64,000 bases of DNA, taken from an uncultured Eubacteriales bacterium. Its GTDB lineage: Bacteria; Bacillota_I; Bacilli_A; RF39; UBA660. The position numbers and the translations under genes were made by a program. The notes below the pieces were generated by a model, which saw nothing but the letters and a program-made list of their open reading frames with translations, was not told the DNA's origin and did not search any database. Shown here in pieces: positions 30,413-39,268 of the stretch. The stretch is taken from the NCBI GenBank assembly GCA_963545265.1, contig CAUUHY010000003.1, positions 25,918 to 89,917 on the forward strand, read 5' to 3'. Numbering within the stretch: position 1 is the stretch's first letter; every line of letters starts with the position of its first letter.

Positions 30413-31105
30413 ATGACAAATATATTTACGAGTGATCAAGCAATAAAAGCAGCTGAAGGTGATCCCTCCATTATTTTTGAATTAATTAGAGCTGACAATG
30501 ACGAATTATTAAATCATATGTTAGATGAAGAATTAATCGATATTAATCTGATATCAACTAATAGTGATAGCTTAGCTATAAAACTATTAAAATCAGCAAA
30601 ATATGATTTGGTTATAAAAGTAATAAAAAATAAAAATTGGGATGTTAATTATCAAAATGATGATAAAGAAAGTTTTGGACATATACTTGCTAAATTTAAT
30701 AATGTAGCAGTGGTACCGATATTTAAAGAGTTGAAGAAAAATAAAACTTTTGATATTAACTTACGTAATAAAGATAATAAGACGATTTTTGATATTAGCG
30801 TTGAAAATCATAATTCTTATATATCTACTAAAATAATAGAAGATGAAAGATTTAATAATATAGATATATTTGAATTTTTAAAATTTTATGAAACTTATAT
30901 GAATACTAATGAATATGGTAAATATTCTAAAATTAACATGATAGATAGTATTTTAACTATGGATGGAAGATATGTTAGCACAAGAATGCAAGAATTATTA
31001 AACCATCTTAAAGATAATGTTAAAAACATTAAAAAAGATATAGAAAGAGATGACTATAATTTATTAAGATCAATTATTAAAGAATGTATATATCAATATA
31101 TATAA
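30413..31105 (+). CDS. hypothetical protein, possibly ankyrin-repeat-like
   Basis: RBS gagaaagaggtaacaatg; loosely ANK-like repeats (SFGHILAKFNNVAVVPIFKELKKN). Confidence 0.3.
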   Translation: MTNIFTSDQAIKAAEGDPSIIFELIRADNDELLNHMLDEELIDINLISTNSDSLAIKLLKSAKYDLVIKVIKNKNWDVNYQNDDKESFGHILAKFNNVAVVPIFKELKKNKTFDINLRNKDNKTIFDISVENHNSYISTKIIEDERFNNIDIFEFLKFYETYMNTNEYGKYSKINMIDSILTMDGRYVSTRMQELLNHLKDNVKNIKKDIERDDYNLLRSIIKECIYQYI

Positions 31106-31150
31106 AAAATATAGTCATTATATATAAAATATGATAGAATATTAAAAGAA

Positions 31151-31183
31151 CAAGTGGGAATTAAAAATCCCACTTGCTTTATT
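31151..31183 (+). terminator. stem-loop with T-tract (terminator of 30413 gene, or attenuator ahead of the nusA operon)
   Basis: caagtggga-attaaaaa-tcccacttg followed by ctttattt, immediately before RBS ggagga of the rimP-like gene. Confidence 0.5.
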
Positions 31184-31193
31184 TGGAGGAGAA

Positions 31194-31448
31194 ATGAAGG
31201 AAAAACTTGTACATGCATTAGGTGATAAGCTAGATAGCTACAAAGTGTTCATTGATGATGTTTTTGAAGAAGATGAAGGAAACAATCATTATTTAAGAGT
31301 CGTAGTAGATGCAGATTTTATTATAGATTCTAATTTAATATATGAAGTTAGTTCAGTTATTGATAAAACATTAGATGAATTAGATTTAATTGAAGATTCA
31401 TATATATTAGATATATATTCAAAAGAAAAAGGTGAAATAAATGAATAA
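31194..31448 (+). CDS. rimP: ribosome maturation factor RimP, N-terminal domain only (84 aa)
   Basis: HYLRVVVDAD / DLIEDSYILDIYS align with the B. subtilis RimP N-domain (WFLRVFIDSD / DPISQNYFLEVSSPG); lacks the C-terminal domain; overlaps nusA by 8 nt. Confidence 0.5.
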   Translation: MKEKLVHALGDKLDSYKVFIDDVFEEDEGNNHYLRVVVDADFIIDSNLIYEVSSVIDKTLDELDLIEDSYILDIYSKEKGEINE

Positions 31449-32526
31449 CAAAGAATTTTTAAAAGCAGTTGAAATATTAACTAAAGAAAAAGGTTTAGAT
31501 AAAGACGTAATATTTGATGCTATGGAATTAGCTCTTACTAGTGCATATAAAAAGAATTTTCATTCTTTAAGTAATGTTAAAGTATTTATAGATAAAGAAA
31601 AAGGTGATATTAAAATCTATTCTTTTATAACAGTAGTAGAAGATGAAAAAATAAATGATGAAGAATTTAATCCAGAAACTGAAATTACTTTAACAGAAGC
31701 AAGAAAAATAGATAAATTAAAAGAAGTAGGAGATACTTTCGATACTGAAATAACACCAAAAGATTTTGGAAGAATTGCAACTGCAACAGCAAAACAAGTA
31801 GTGTTACAAAAAATAAAAGAAGCAGAAAGAAGTTCTATATTAAAAGATTTTGAAGATAAAGAAGGAGAAATGCTTTTAGGAACAGTAGAACTTGAAGATA
31901 GTGATAACTATTATATAGACTTTGGTAGAATTAAAGGATTGCTTCCAAAAAACGAATGTATTCCAAAAGAAGTTATTAAAATAGGTCAAAAATTAAAAGT
32001 ATATGTTACTAAAATAATAAGTGATAAATCATTAACTATTTTACTTTCTAGAAGACATTATAACTTTGTCAAAAGACTTTTTGAAATGGAAATACCAGAA
32101 ATAATGGATGGAACAGTTTTAATTCATGCAGTAGCAAGAGAAGCTGGTGTTAGAAGTAAAGTATCAGTTGAATCTACAAAAGCTAATATAGATCCAATTG
32201 GAGCTTGTGTAGGAGAAAAAGGAATTAGAATTTCTAATATTATAAAAGAACTACATGGAGAAAAAATAGATATAATTCCATATGATAAAAATATTGAAAG
32301 ATATATAGCAAATGCTTTATTACCAGCAGAAAATTTATCAGTAATCGTAGAAGATGATAATAAAAACGAAGCACTTATTTTTGCAAATGATGATAACTAT
32401 TCTTTAGCAATAGGTAAAAAAGGTATCAATATAAAACTTGCTGCAAGACTTACTAGATTTAGACTTGATATTAAAACTCAAAAAGAAGCAAGTAAAATGG
32501 GAATAAATTTCAAAAATGAAAACTAA
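31441..32526 (+). CDS. nusA: transcription termination/antitermination factor NusA
   Basis: N-terminal domain, S1 and KH1/KH2 motifs (GxxG IGKKGINIKLA); 361 aa. Confidence 0.9.
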   Translation: MNNKEFLKAVEILTKEKGLDKDVIFDAMELALTSAYKKNFHSLSNVKVFIDKEKGDIKIYSFITVVEDEKINDEEFNPETEITLTEARKIDKLKEVGDTFDTEITPKDFGRIATATAKQVVLQKIKEAERSSILKDFEDKEGEMLLGTVELEDSDNYYIDFGRIKGLLPKNECIPKEVIKIGQKLKVYVTKIISDKSLTILLSRRHYNFVKRLFEMEIPEIMDGTVLIHAVAREAGVRSKVSVESTKANIDPIGACVGEKGIRISNIIKELHGEKIDIIPYDKNIERYIANALLPAENLSVIVEDDNKNEALIFANDDNYSLAIGKKGINIKLAARLTRFRLDIKTQKEASKMGINFKNEN

Positions 32527-32776
32527 GAAAATACCACTTAGAACTTGTATAGTTACAAAAGAAGTTTTACCTAAACAAGAATTACTTAGAGTAGTTATAA
32601 ATAAAGATAAAGAAGTAAGTATAGATTTAACTGGTAAACAAAATGGTAGAGGAGTATATCTTAAAAAAGATATAGAAGTTATAAATAAAGCAAAAAATTT
32701 AAAAATACTAGATAAGAAACTAGAAGTAGAAATAGATGAAAAATTATATGAAGATTTAATTAACCTAATAAAATAA
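32516..32776 (+). CDS. ylxR: YlxR/RnpM (DUF448) RNA-binding protein
   Basis: KKIPLRTCIVTKE...LLRVV...GRGVYL matches YlxR throughout. Confidence 0.85.
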   Translation: MKTKKIPLRTCIVTKEVLPKQELLRVVINKDKEVSIDLTGKQNGRGVYLKKDIEVINKAKNLKILDKKLEVEIDEKLYEDLINLIK

Positions 32777-32785
32777 GAAAGGTAG

Positions 32786-34924
32786 GTGATTAGCATGATG
32801 AGTATTTTAGAATATTCAGTAGATGTAAATTTAGATGTAGAAAAGATATTGGCTTTGTGTGATAGTTTAGGAATAGATTATATAGATGAAAATTCTACAT
32901 TGTCTGATGAAGATATAATATTATTAGATAATAATTTGTCTGAACTAGAAAATATGGACGATGAAGAAGAAAACGAAGATGAAGAAGAAATTTTGGAAAA
33001 TGAAGATGAAGATGAAGAAGAACAATTAGTTGAAAAATTTGGTTCTAGAAAGAAAATAGAAAAGATTAAGACTAAGACTTCAACTAGAGATGATAATAAA
33101 GCTATTTTTCAATCAGAAAAGAAAAACTTATATAAACATAAGAAAAAATTAAAATCTAATGTTATAGGAGAAGATGATAACTTCGTTGTATATAAAGAAG
33201 GTATGACAGTAATGGATATTGCTACAATTATGAAAGTAAATCCAGCTGAACTTATCAAAAAACTTATCTCTCTTGGAGTAATGGCTAATATGAATGCATC
33301 TTTAAGTTATGAAGTAGCTGAAATATTAGTAGCAGATTACAATAAGACTTTAAAGAAAATAGAAGATACTGATATATCTAAATTTGATGAAGATTTTGAA
33401 ATAGCAGATAAAGAAGAAGATTTAGTTGAAAGAGCACCTGTTATAACAATAATGGGACATGTTGATCATGGTAAAACTTCTTTACTTGATGCTATTAGAG
33501 AAAGTAATGTTGTAAGTGGTGAAGCTGGAGGTATAACACAAGCAATATCTTCTTATCAAATAAACTATAAAGGAAAACCAATTACTTTTATAGATACACC
33601 TGGACATGCTGCATTTACTGAAATGAGAGCAAGAGGTGCTAAAGTTACTGATATTATTATCGTTATAGTAGCAGCAGATGATGGAGTTAAACCACAAACA
33701 GAAGAAGCAATAGATCATGCTAAAGCAGCTGGAGTACCAATAATTGTTGCAATTAATAAAATTGATAAACCAGATGCTAATAAAGAAAAAACACTTGAAG
33801 AAGTAGCAAGAGCTGGTCTTCAACCAGAAGTTTGGGGAGGAGATGTAATAGTTAATTACATTTCTGCTAAGACTAAAGAAGGAATTAACGATTTACTTGA
33901 TAATATTTTACTTGTTAGTGAAATGCAAGGATATAAAGCTAATCCTAATAGATATGCTATAGGAACAGTTATCGAAGCATATAAAGATGTTAAGACGGGA
34001 GTAGTAGCAAGTGTCTTAGTACAAAATGGAACACTTAGAATTGGAGATCCTATTTGTTGTGGAACTATTTTCGGAAAAATAAGAAATATGAAAAACGATC
34101 TTGGAGAATCAATAACTGAGGCACTACCTTCAACTCCAGTTGAAATAATAGGTTTATCTGAAGTACCAGATGCTGGAGATAAATTTATGGCATTTGAAAC
34201 AGAAAAACAAGCTAAAGAAGTATCGGATAAGAGAATAGCAAGATTAAAATCAGATGATTTAGGTAAGACTAATATGAGTTTAGATGAATTATTCTCTGCT
34301 ATTAAAAAAGGTGAAAAGAGTCTAAACGTTATCTTAAAAACTGATACTAAAGGATCTTTAGAAGCAATTAAACAAAGTTTAGCTAAGATAAATATCGAAG
34401 GTGTAGAAATCAAGATAGTAAGAGGAAGTGTTGGGGCAATATCTGAAAGTGATATAGTACTTGCAAAAGCTAGTGAAGCTATAGTTATAGGATTTAATGT
34501 AAGACCAAGTAGTAATGTAGTAGAAATAGCTAAGACTAAAGAAGTACAAATTAAACTATATGATATTATCTATAAACTTATAGAAGACTTAGAAAAATCT
34601 ATTTTAGGAAGTCTAGATCCTGAATATGAAGAAGTAGTTATTGGATCAGCTGAAATTTTAGCAGTATTTAAATTCTCTAAAGTTGGTAATATAGCTGGAT
34701 GTAGAGTGTTAGATGGAATTATTAAAAACACATCTAACTGTAGAGTTATAAGAGATGGTGTAGTTATTTATACTGGAAAGATTAAGACTTTACAAAAAGA
34801 AAAAGATCAAATAAAAGAAGTAGCAAAAGGATTCGAATGTGGAATTACTTTAGAAAATTATCAAGATATTAAAGAAAAAGATATTATAGAAGCATACGAA
34901 TTAAAGGAAATTAAAAAGATATGA
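32786..34924 (+). CDS. infB: translation initiation factor IF-2
   Basis: [25 protein letters not shown]-domain motifs; 712 aa. Confidence 0.95.
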   Translation: MISMMSILEYSVDVNLDVEKILALCDSLGIDYIDENSTLSDEDIILLDNNLSELENMDDEEENEDEEEILENEDEDEEEQLVEKFGSRKKIEKIKTKTSTRDDNKAIFQSEKKNLYKHKKKLKSNVIGEDDNFVVYKEGMTVMDIATIMKVNPAELIKKLISLGVMANMNASLSYEVAEILVADYNKTLKKIEDTDISKFDEDFEIADKEEDLVERAPVITIMGHVDHGKTSLLDAIRESNVVSGEAGGITQAISSYQINYKGKPITFIDTPGHAAFTEMRARGAKVTDIIIVIVAADDGVKPQTEEAIDHAKAAGVPIIVAINKIDKPDANKEKTLEEVARAGLQPEVWGGDVIVNYISAKTKEGINDLLDNILLVSEMQGYKANPNRYAIGTVIEAYKDVKTGVVASVLVQNGTLRIGDPICCGTIFGKIRNMKNDLGESITEALPSTPVEIIGLSEVPDAGDKFMAFETEKQAKEVSDKRIARLKSDDLGKTNMSLDELFSAIKKGEKSLNVILKTDTKGSLEAIKQSLAKINIEGVEIKIVRGSVGAISESDIVLAKASEAIVIGFNVRPSSNVVEIAKTKEVQIKLYDIIYKLIEDLEKSILGSLDPEYEEVVIGSAEILAVFKFSKVGNIAGCRVLDGIIKNTSNCRVIRDGVVIYTGKIKTLQKEKDQIKEVAKGFECGITLENYQDIKEKDIIEAYELKEIKKI

Positions 34925-35241
34925 GTATAGGTTTAAATAGAATTGAAAGTACATTTAAAAAAGAATTATCTTATATACTTGAAAGTGCTAAAAATGATTA
35001 TTTAAGAGCTATGACAATAACTGATATAGATTTAACTAGTCAAAAAGAATATGCTAGAGTTTATTTTATGACTCATAGAAATGTAGAAAAAACTACTAAA
35101 GAAGTAAAGAGATCTATGCCTTATATAAATAAAGTTCTAAGTTCAAAATTAAGTTTAAAAAAATTGCCAAAAATCGTATTTATAGAAGATAATTCTTATG
35201 AATATGGTAAGGAAATAGAAGAGAAACTAAAAAATATTTAG
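34921..35241 (+). CDS. rbfA: ribosome-binding factor A
   Basis: RIESTFKKELSYIL...YARVYF; KH-like RbfA fold; ATGA overlap with infB. Confidence 0.8.
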   Translation: MSIGLNRIESTFKKELSYILESAKNDYLRAMTITDIDLTSQKEYARVYFMTHRNVEKTTKEVKRSMPYINKVLSSKLSLKKLPKIVFIEDNSYEYGKEIEEKLKNI

Positions 35242-35295
35242 TTTCTTTTTTTTTTAATAAATGATATTATGTTATATAGAATAGGGAGAGTAATA

Positions 35296-36549
35296 ATGAA
35301 GAAAAAAGTGTTAGTATTATTTGTATTACTATTATTACCTTTTATTACTTTAGCAGAAGAAGAAAAAAAAGATACGACTTTATCAAATAAAAATTTAATA
35401 GTCGAATGTATATATAGTGATGGTGGATTATATTCTTATGAATATAATGAAGCAGAAGATAAATTTGTAACTAATAGACAAGAATTTTTAGGAGTTGGTA
35501 AGAAAGTTGTTCCTTCTAATATTGTATTTTTATCAGAACTTACATCAAATAATGAATCTCTTACAGTTGTAGATAAAGACTTAACTTGTAAAAGATATAT
35601 TTATAGTGGAGTATCCAGAAGAGAAGATGAAGAAGTAAAGAAAGATAATATTAAAAACATTTATATGTTTGTTAAAGGAAGTAATTCATCAGAAGACTTT
35701 ATGAAAGTGTATGAAGCTAACATAGATAGTTATACAGGAAAATGGTATACAATTGGAATTCCCGTATTTAAAACAGAAATTAGAAAAGCTTTAGAAACTG
35801 CAGTTGTAGAACAAAAAAGATATGAATTAGTAAATCAAAGATATCGTATATTAGATTCTAGTAATATTCAGCCAAAGAAGGTTTGTCACTTTGAATCTAG
35901 CAGTAAAAAAGATACAGTTTCTACTAGAAAAGATATAATAACTGCTAATATATATTCTAATCATACATTTATTAAGACAAGTGATGATTACTATAATTTA
36001 CTTGGAAAAGAAGAAAGTAAAGTTATAAATGATATTTGCAATAATAGAGAAGATGATAGTAAGGTATATCTTAATGATTCTGTTGTATCTGCAACTGGTG
36101 ATTCTAGTGGAGGAGTTAAAATAGCTCCTAAAACATACGATAATAAGAAACAAACATATTTAACTGTTGCACAAAAAGAAAGTAAAGTTAATTTTTTAGA
36201 GTATAAAAAAATCTCTGAAAATAATATGTTAGGAAAAGAAACAGATGATAAACTTTGTGAAACGATTCCAAATGTTGCAAAAATATTAAGAGAAGTTATT
36301 AAGTTTGGAAGATTAGGTATAGGAGCTATAGTAATTATACTTATAGCGATTGATATACTTCACTTTGTATCTAGTTTATCACCTGCAGAACAACTACCTA
36401 TAACAATTAAAAAAATTAGGAATAGAATTATATTATTGGTAGTTATTTTATTGTTACCAATACTTACTAGTGTTCTTGTTACTTTATTAAAAAGTGCAAA
36501 TACTATAGAAACATCAACTATACAAGTTATAGATTGTTTATTTAAATAG
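35296..36549 (+). CDS. secreted protein with two C-terminal TM helices (417 aa), function unknown
   Basis: RBS gggagag; signal peptide KKVLVLFVLLLLPFITLA; several Cys; two terminal hydrophobic helices. Confidence 0.45.
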   Translation: MKKKVLVLFVLLLLPFITLAEEEKKDTTLSNKNLIVECIYSDGGLYSYEYNEAEDKFVTNRQEFLGVGKKVVPSNIVFLSELTSNNESLTVVDKDLTCKRYIYSGVSRREDEEVKKDNIKNIYMFVKGSNSSEDFMKVYEANIDSYTGKWYTIGIPVFKTEIRKALETAVVEQKRYELVNQRYRILDSSNIQPKKVCHFESSSKKDTVSTRKDIITANIYSNHTFIKTSDDYYNLLGKEESKVINDICNNREDDSKVYLNDSVVSATGDSSGGVKIAPKTYDNKKQTYLTVAQKESKVNFLEYKKISENNMLGKETDDKLCETIPNVAKILREVIKFGRLGIGAIVIILIAIDILHFVSSLSPAEQLPITIKKIRNRIILLVVILLLPILTSVLVTLLKSANTIETSTIQVIDCLFK

Positions 36550-36557
36550 GAGAGAAA

Positions 36558-38786
36558 ATGCCAATATTAGATATTTTAAAAACAGTTGATTTTGCACAAC
36601 TTGGTATAGATATAGTTGGACTATTACTTAGTAGATGGTTTATGCTAAATGGTATTATTTATATACTAAGATCTATCAGTTATTTTGTTGATTCTCAATT
36701 TGTAAATTTAATTGGTATGGTATATAAGTACTTTAATTTACTTTTGAAAGGTGAGATGTTTAATGAACAAATAATATCGCAATTATTATCGAGTATATAC
36801 GTATTTATTGGACTTATTATATTCTTTAGATTAGCAACTGTGTTAATTAAATACTTAGTTAATCCAGAAACTATTGAAAGTTCTGTTGATAAAACTGGAT
36901 TATTTTCGGGCCTTGTTAAAAGAATAGTAATAGGTAGTATTATGATAGCTTTAGTACCATTTTTATTTAGTACTTTAAATAAGCTTCAAATAGCTATAGT
37001 AGAAGATAATGTTGTACAAAATATATTTATACAAAATGAAGCTTTTAAACAATTTAATAAACGTCATGCTCAAAATGGAGGACAATATTTAGCTAATTAT
37101 GTTTTAGCTGGTTTTATAAGACCAACAACTAATAGTTCTTCCTCAGTAAAAACGAATTATGAATCTATGAAAAAATCAGCAAATCCAGATTTAATCAACA
37201 TAAATGAAGGAGTAGTACCGGGGATAATTGTTAACTATAGTTATACATATTATTTTATAGTTTCTACATATGTTCTTTTTATGGTATTTAAAATAATGAT
37301 TGGATATGCACTAGATGTTATTACTAGGTTTTTTAAAACTCTTTTATATCAATTAATGGCACCTATTGCTATAGTAGAATATATGGTAAGTGGAGATGGT
37401 GGAATATTTGAAAAGTGGAAAACTAGTGTAATAGCTAATTATTTAGCATTATTTGTTAGAATGTTATCTATTTGGTTTACAATATTTGTACTTTCTTTGA
37501 TGACTGCAGATGGATTACCAAATGGTAACTTATTAAAAACAGATGATGATTTATTAAGAGCAATAATAGTTTTAGCGTTAATAGCGTTTATGAAAGATTT
37601 ACCAAGATATGTTGGAAGCATACTTGGATTTGATTTAGTACAAGAAAGTTCTGCTATGAGTATGGTAAGCGGTGCAGCAACTGCAGTTCTTGGAGCAGCA
37701 GGAGCTGGACTTATGGCTGGAAGTGGAATAATTGGAGGTACTTTAAATAGATTAGGGGGTACTTTAAATAGAAATATTGGAAGTAAAATAGCTGGAGCTA
37801 GAGAAGCTAGTAGAAATGCCATTAATAGAGGAAGAGAGATGGGTCTTACTGGTGACCAATTAAGGCAAGCAAGTAGAAATGCTTTAAGAGATTATGGAAA
37901 TCAACAAGTTGCTGAAAGAAGAAGTAGAGGTAATGCTCTACAAAGAATGAGAACTGCAGCAGCAGAAGGTATAAGAAATAATGCCATTGGAGACTTAAGA
38001 GAGACTGTTGGTGGAATTACAAGTATTGCAGATCAAATAACAGGTCTTCATCAAACAGGAGCTCCAGCTGCAGCACAAAATTTATTTAATAAAATGTTTC
38101 CAGAAGCAAGAAATCAAGGTGGAGGCCAAAATCAAAATCAAGAGCAAAATCCAACTCCAACTCCACCAATTATACCAAGACCTAATAGAGGTAGACATTT
38201 TGATTTACTTAATGAAAGTAATTTAGATAATATACGTGCAACAGGAAATGGTGTTAATAGAGATGAATCTATAGAAAATATGACTGATTTCTTGTTTAGA
38301 GCAGATAATAATCAAGACTATAGTGAATATTTAAGAAATGTACAAAATGATAATAACAATACATCTGATGTTCCAGCTCAAGATAGAAATGTTATTTTAA
38401 CAAGAGCAGGAATTACTGACAATAACGCAACAGTTGTTAGAAATTCTCATACATTAGAAGAAATAGCTAGAAATATATCAAGTAACTCTAATAATACTAT
38501 AAGTTACGAACAAGCTTATGAAACAGCTAGAACATATATTGAAGGAGCAGGTATTCAGGCCCAAAGCAGATATACTGTAACTGATTCTAATGGAGCAGTT
38601 AATACTGTTGATATACCATGTACTGATCAAAATGGAAATTTCTTAAGAACAGGAGAATATACTTTATCAGATACTAATATTGCAGATATTACTAATGATA
38701 TTAGAAATAGATATTGGGGAGAAACAGCTAGAGATTATTTTGATACTAATTTAGAAGAAAATAATGGTGGCGTAAATAGAAAGTAA
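36558..38786 (+). CDS. polytopic membrane protein (742 aa) with G/A/R/Q/N-rich C-terminal region; VirB6/TrbL-like topology, function unknown
   Basis: About 8 TM helices in the first ~370 aa; then a low-complexity segment (GAATAVLGAAGAGLMAGSGIIGGTLNRLGGTLNRN...QGGGQNQNQEQNPTPTPP); locally elevated GC. Confidence 0.5.
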   Translation: MPILDILKTVDFAQLGIDIVGLLLSRWFMLNGIIYILRSISYFVDSQFVNLIGMVYKYFNLLLKGEMFNEQIISQLLSSIYVFIGLIIFFRLATVLIKYLVNPETIESSVDKTGLFSGLVKRIVIGSIMIALVPFLFSTLNKLQIAIVEDNVVQNIFIQNEAFKQFNKRHAQNGGQYLANYVLAGFIRPTTNSSSSVKTNYESMKKSANPDLININEGVVPGIIVNYSYTYYFIVSTYVLFMVFKIMIGYALDVITRFFKTLLYQLMAPIAIVEYMVSGDGGIFEKWKTSVIANYLALFVRMLSIWFTIFVLSLMTADGLPNGNLLKTDDDLLRAIIVLALIAFMKDLPRYVGSILGFDLVQESSAMSMVSGAATAVLGAAGAGLMAGSGIIGGTLNRLGGTLNRNIGSKIAGAREASRNAINRGREMGLTGDQLRQASRNALRDYGNQQVAERRSRGNALQRMRTAAAEGIRNNAIGDLRETVGGITSIADQITGLHQTGAPAAAQNLFNKMFPEARNQGGGQNQNQEQNPTPTPPIIPRPNRGRHFDLLNESNLDNIRATGNGVNRDESIENMTDFLFRADNNQDYSEYLRNVQNDNNNTSDVPAQDRNVILTRAGITDNNATVVRNSHTLEEIARNISSNSNNTISYEQAYETARTYIEGAGIQAQSRYTVTDSNGAVNTVDIPCTDQNGNFLRTGEYTLSDTNIADITNDIRNRYWGETARDYFDTNLEENNGGVNRK

Positions 38787-38800
38787 TTATTTTAATAATA

Positions 38801-38835
38801 AAAAACTATGTAAAGAATTACATAGTTTTTATTTC
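38801..38835 (+). terminator. rho-independent terminator
   Basis: aaaaactatgtaa-agaat-tacatagttttt followed by atttctttg. Confidence 0.65.
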
Positions 38836-38838
38836 TTT

Positions 38839-38866
38839 GTAAAAAAAATATCTCTTTTGAGATATT
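38839..38866 (-). terminator. rho-independent terminator for rpmB (minus strand)
   Basis: aatatctc-tttt-gagatatt stem with an A-run on + (a T-run on -). Confidence 0.55.
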
Positions 38867-39038
38867 AAATTAATCCTAACTTTCTGAATGTTCTTAATTC
38901 TTTTGCACTAATTCTTATTTTAGTTCTATTAATTTTTACAACTTGAAGGTTTAATCCTTGTTTTTTTCTAGTTGCATTTAAAGCATGAGATCTTAAATTT
39001 TTAAAGTTAGGTTTTCTGCTTGTTACATTAATTGCCAT
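38865..39038 (-). CDS. rpmB: 50S ribosomal protein L28 (not in supplied ORF track)
   Basis: Minus-strand translation MAINVTSRKPNFKNLRSHALNATRKKQGLNLQVVKINRTKIRISAKELRTFRKLGLI aligns with B. subtilis L28 ([23 protein letters not shown]...); RBS ggaggca 3-9 nt upstream. Confidence 0.75.
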   Translation of the reverse strand: MAINVTSRKPNFKNLRSHALNATRKKQGLNLQVVKINRTKIRISAKELRTFRKLGLI

Positions 39039-39268
39039 GATGCCTCCTTGTTTAATTAATTACTTTAAGATTTTAACATATAATATACTTAATAGTCAAT
39101 AACTATATATTCTATGCTTTTTACTTTTGTATATTTTTAAATGATATAAAACAAAAAATATAAAATGATTTAATGAAAAATTAATTTTTTTTAAATAAAA
39201 AATGTTACAATTATATAAAATAAAACAAGTAATATATTATAAAACTAATTTATGGGAGTATTTTTAAT

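Noticed and set aside
36558-38786. Calling the 742-aa polytopic protein a T7SS EsaA or a definite VirB6/TrbL
   Set aside because: The WXG100 gene is about 25 kb away and no secretion ATPase is nearby. Only topology supports the call, not motifs. Reported as unknown with VirB6-like topology.
39039-39268. Promoter calls in the 230-bp spacer upstream of the giant gene
   Set aside because: There are many TATAAT-like hexamers in AT-rich DNA, and no convincing -35/-10 pair with 17±1 spacing could be singled out.
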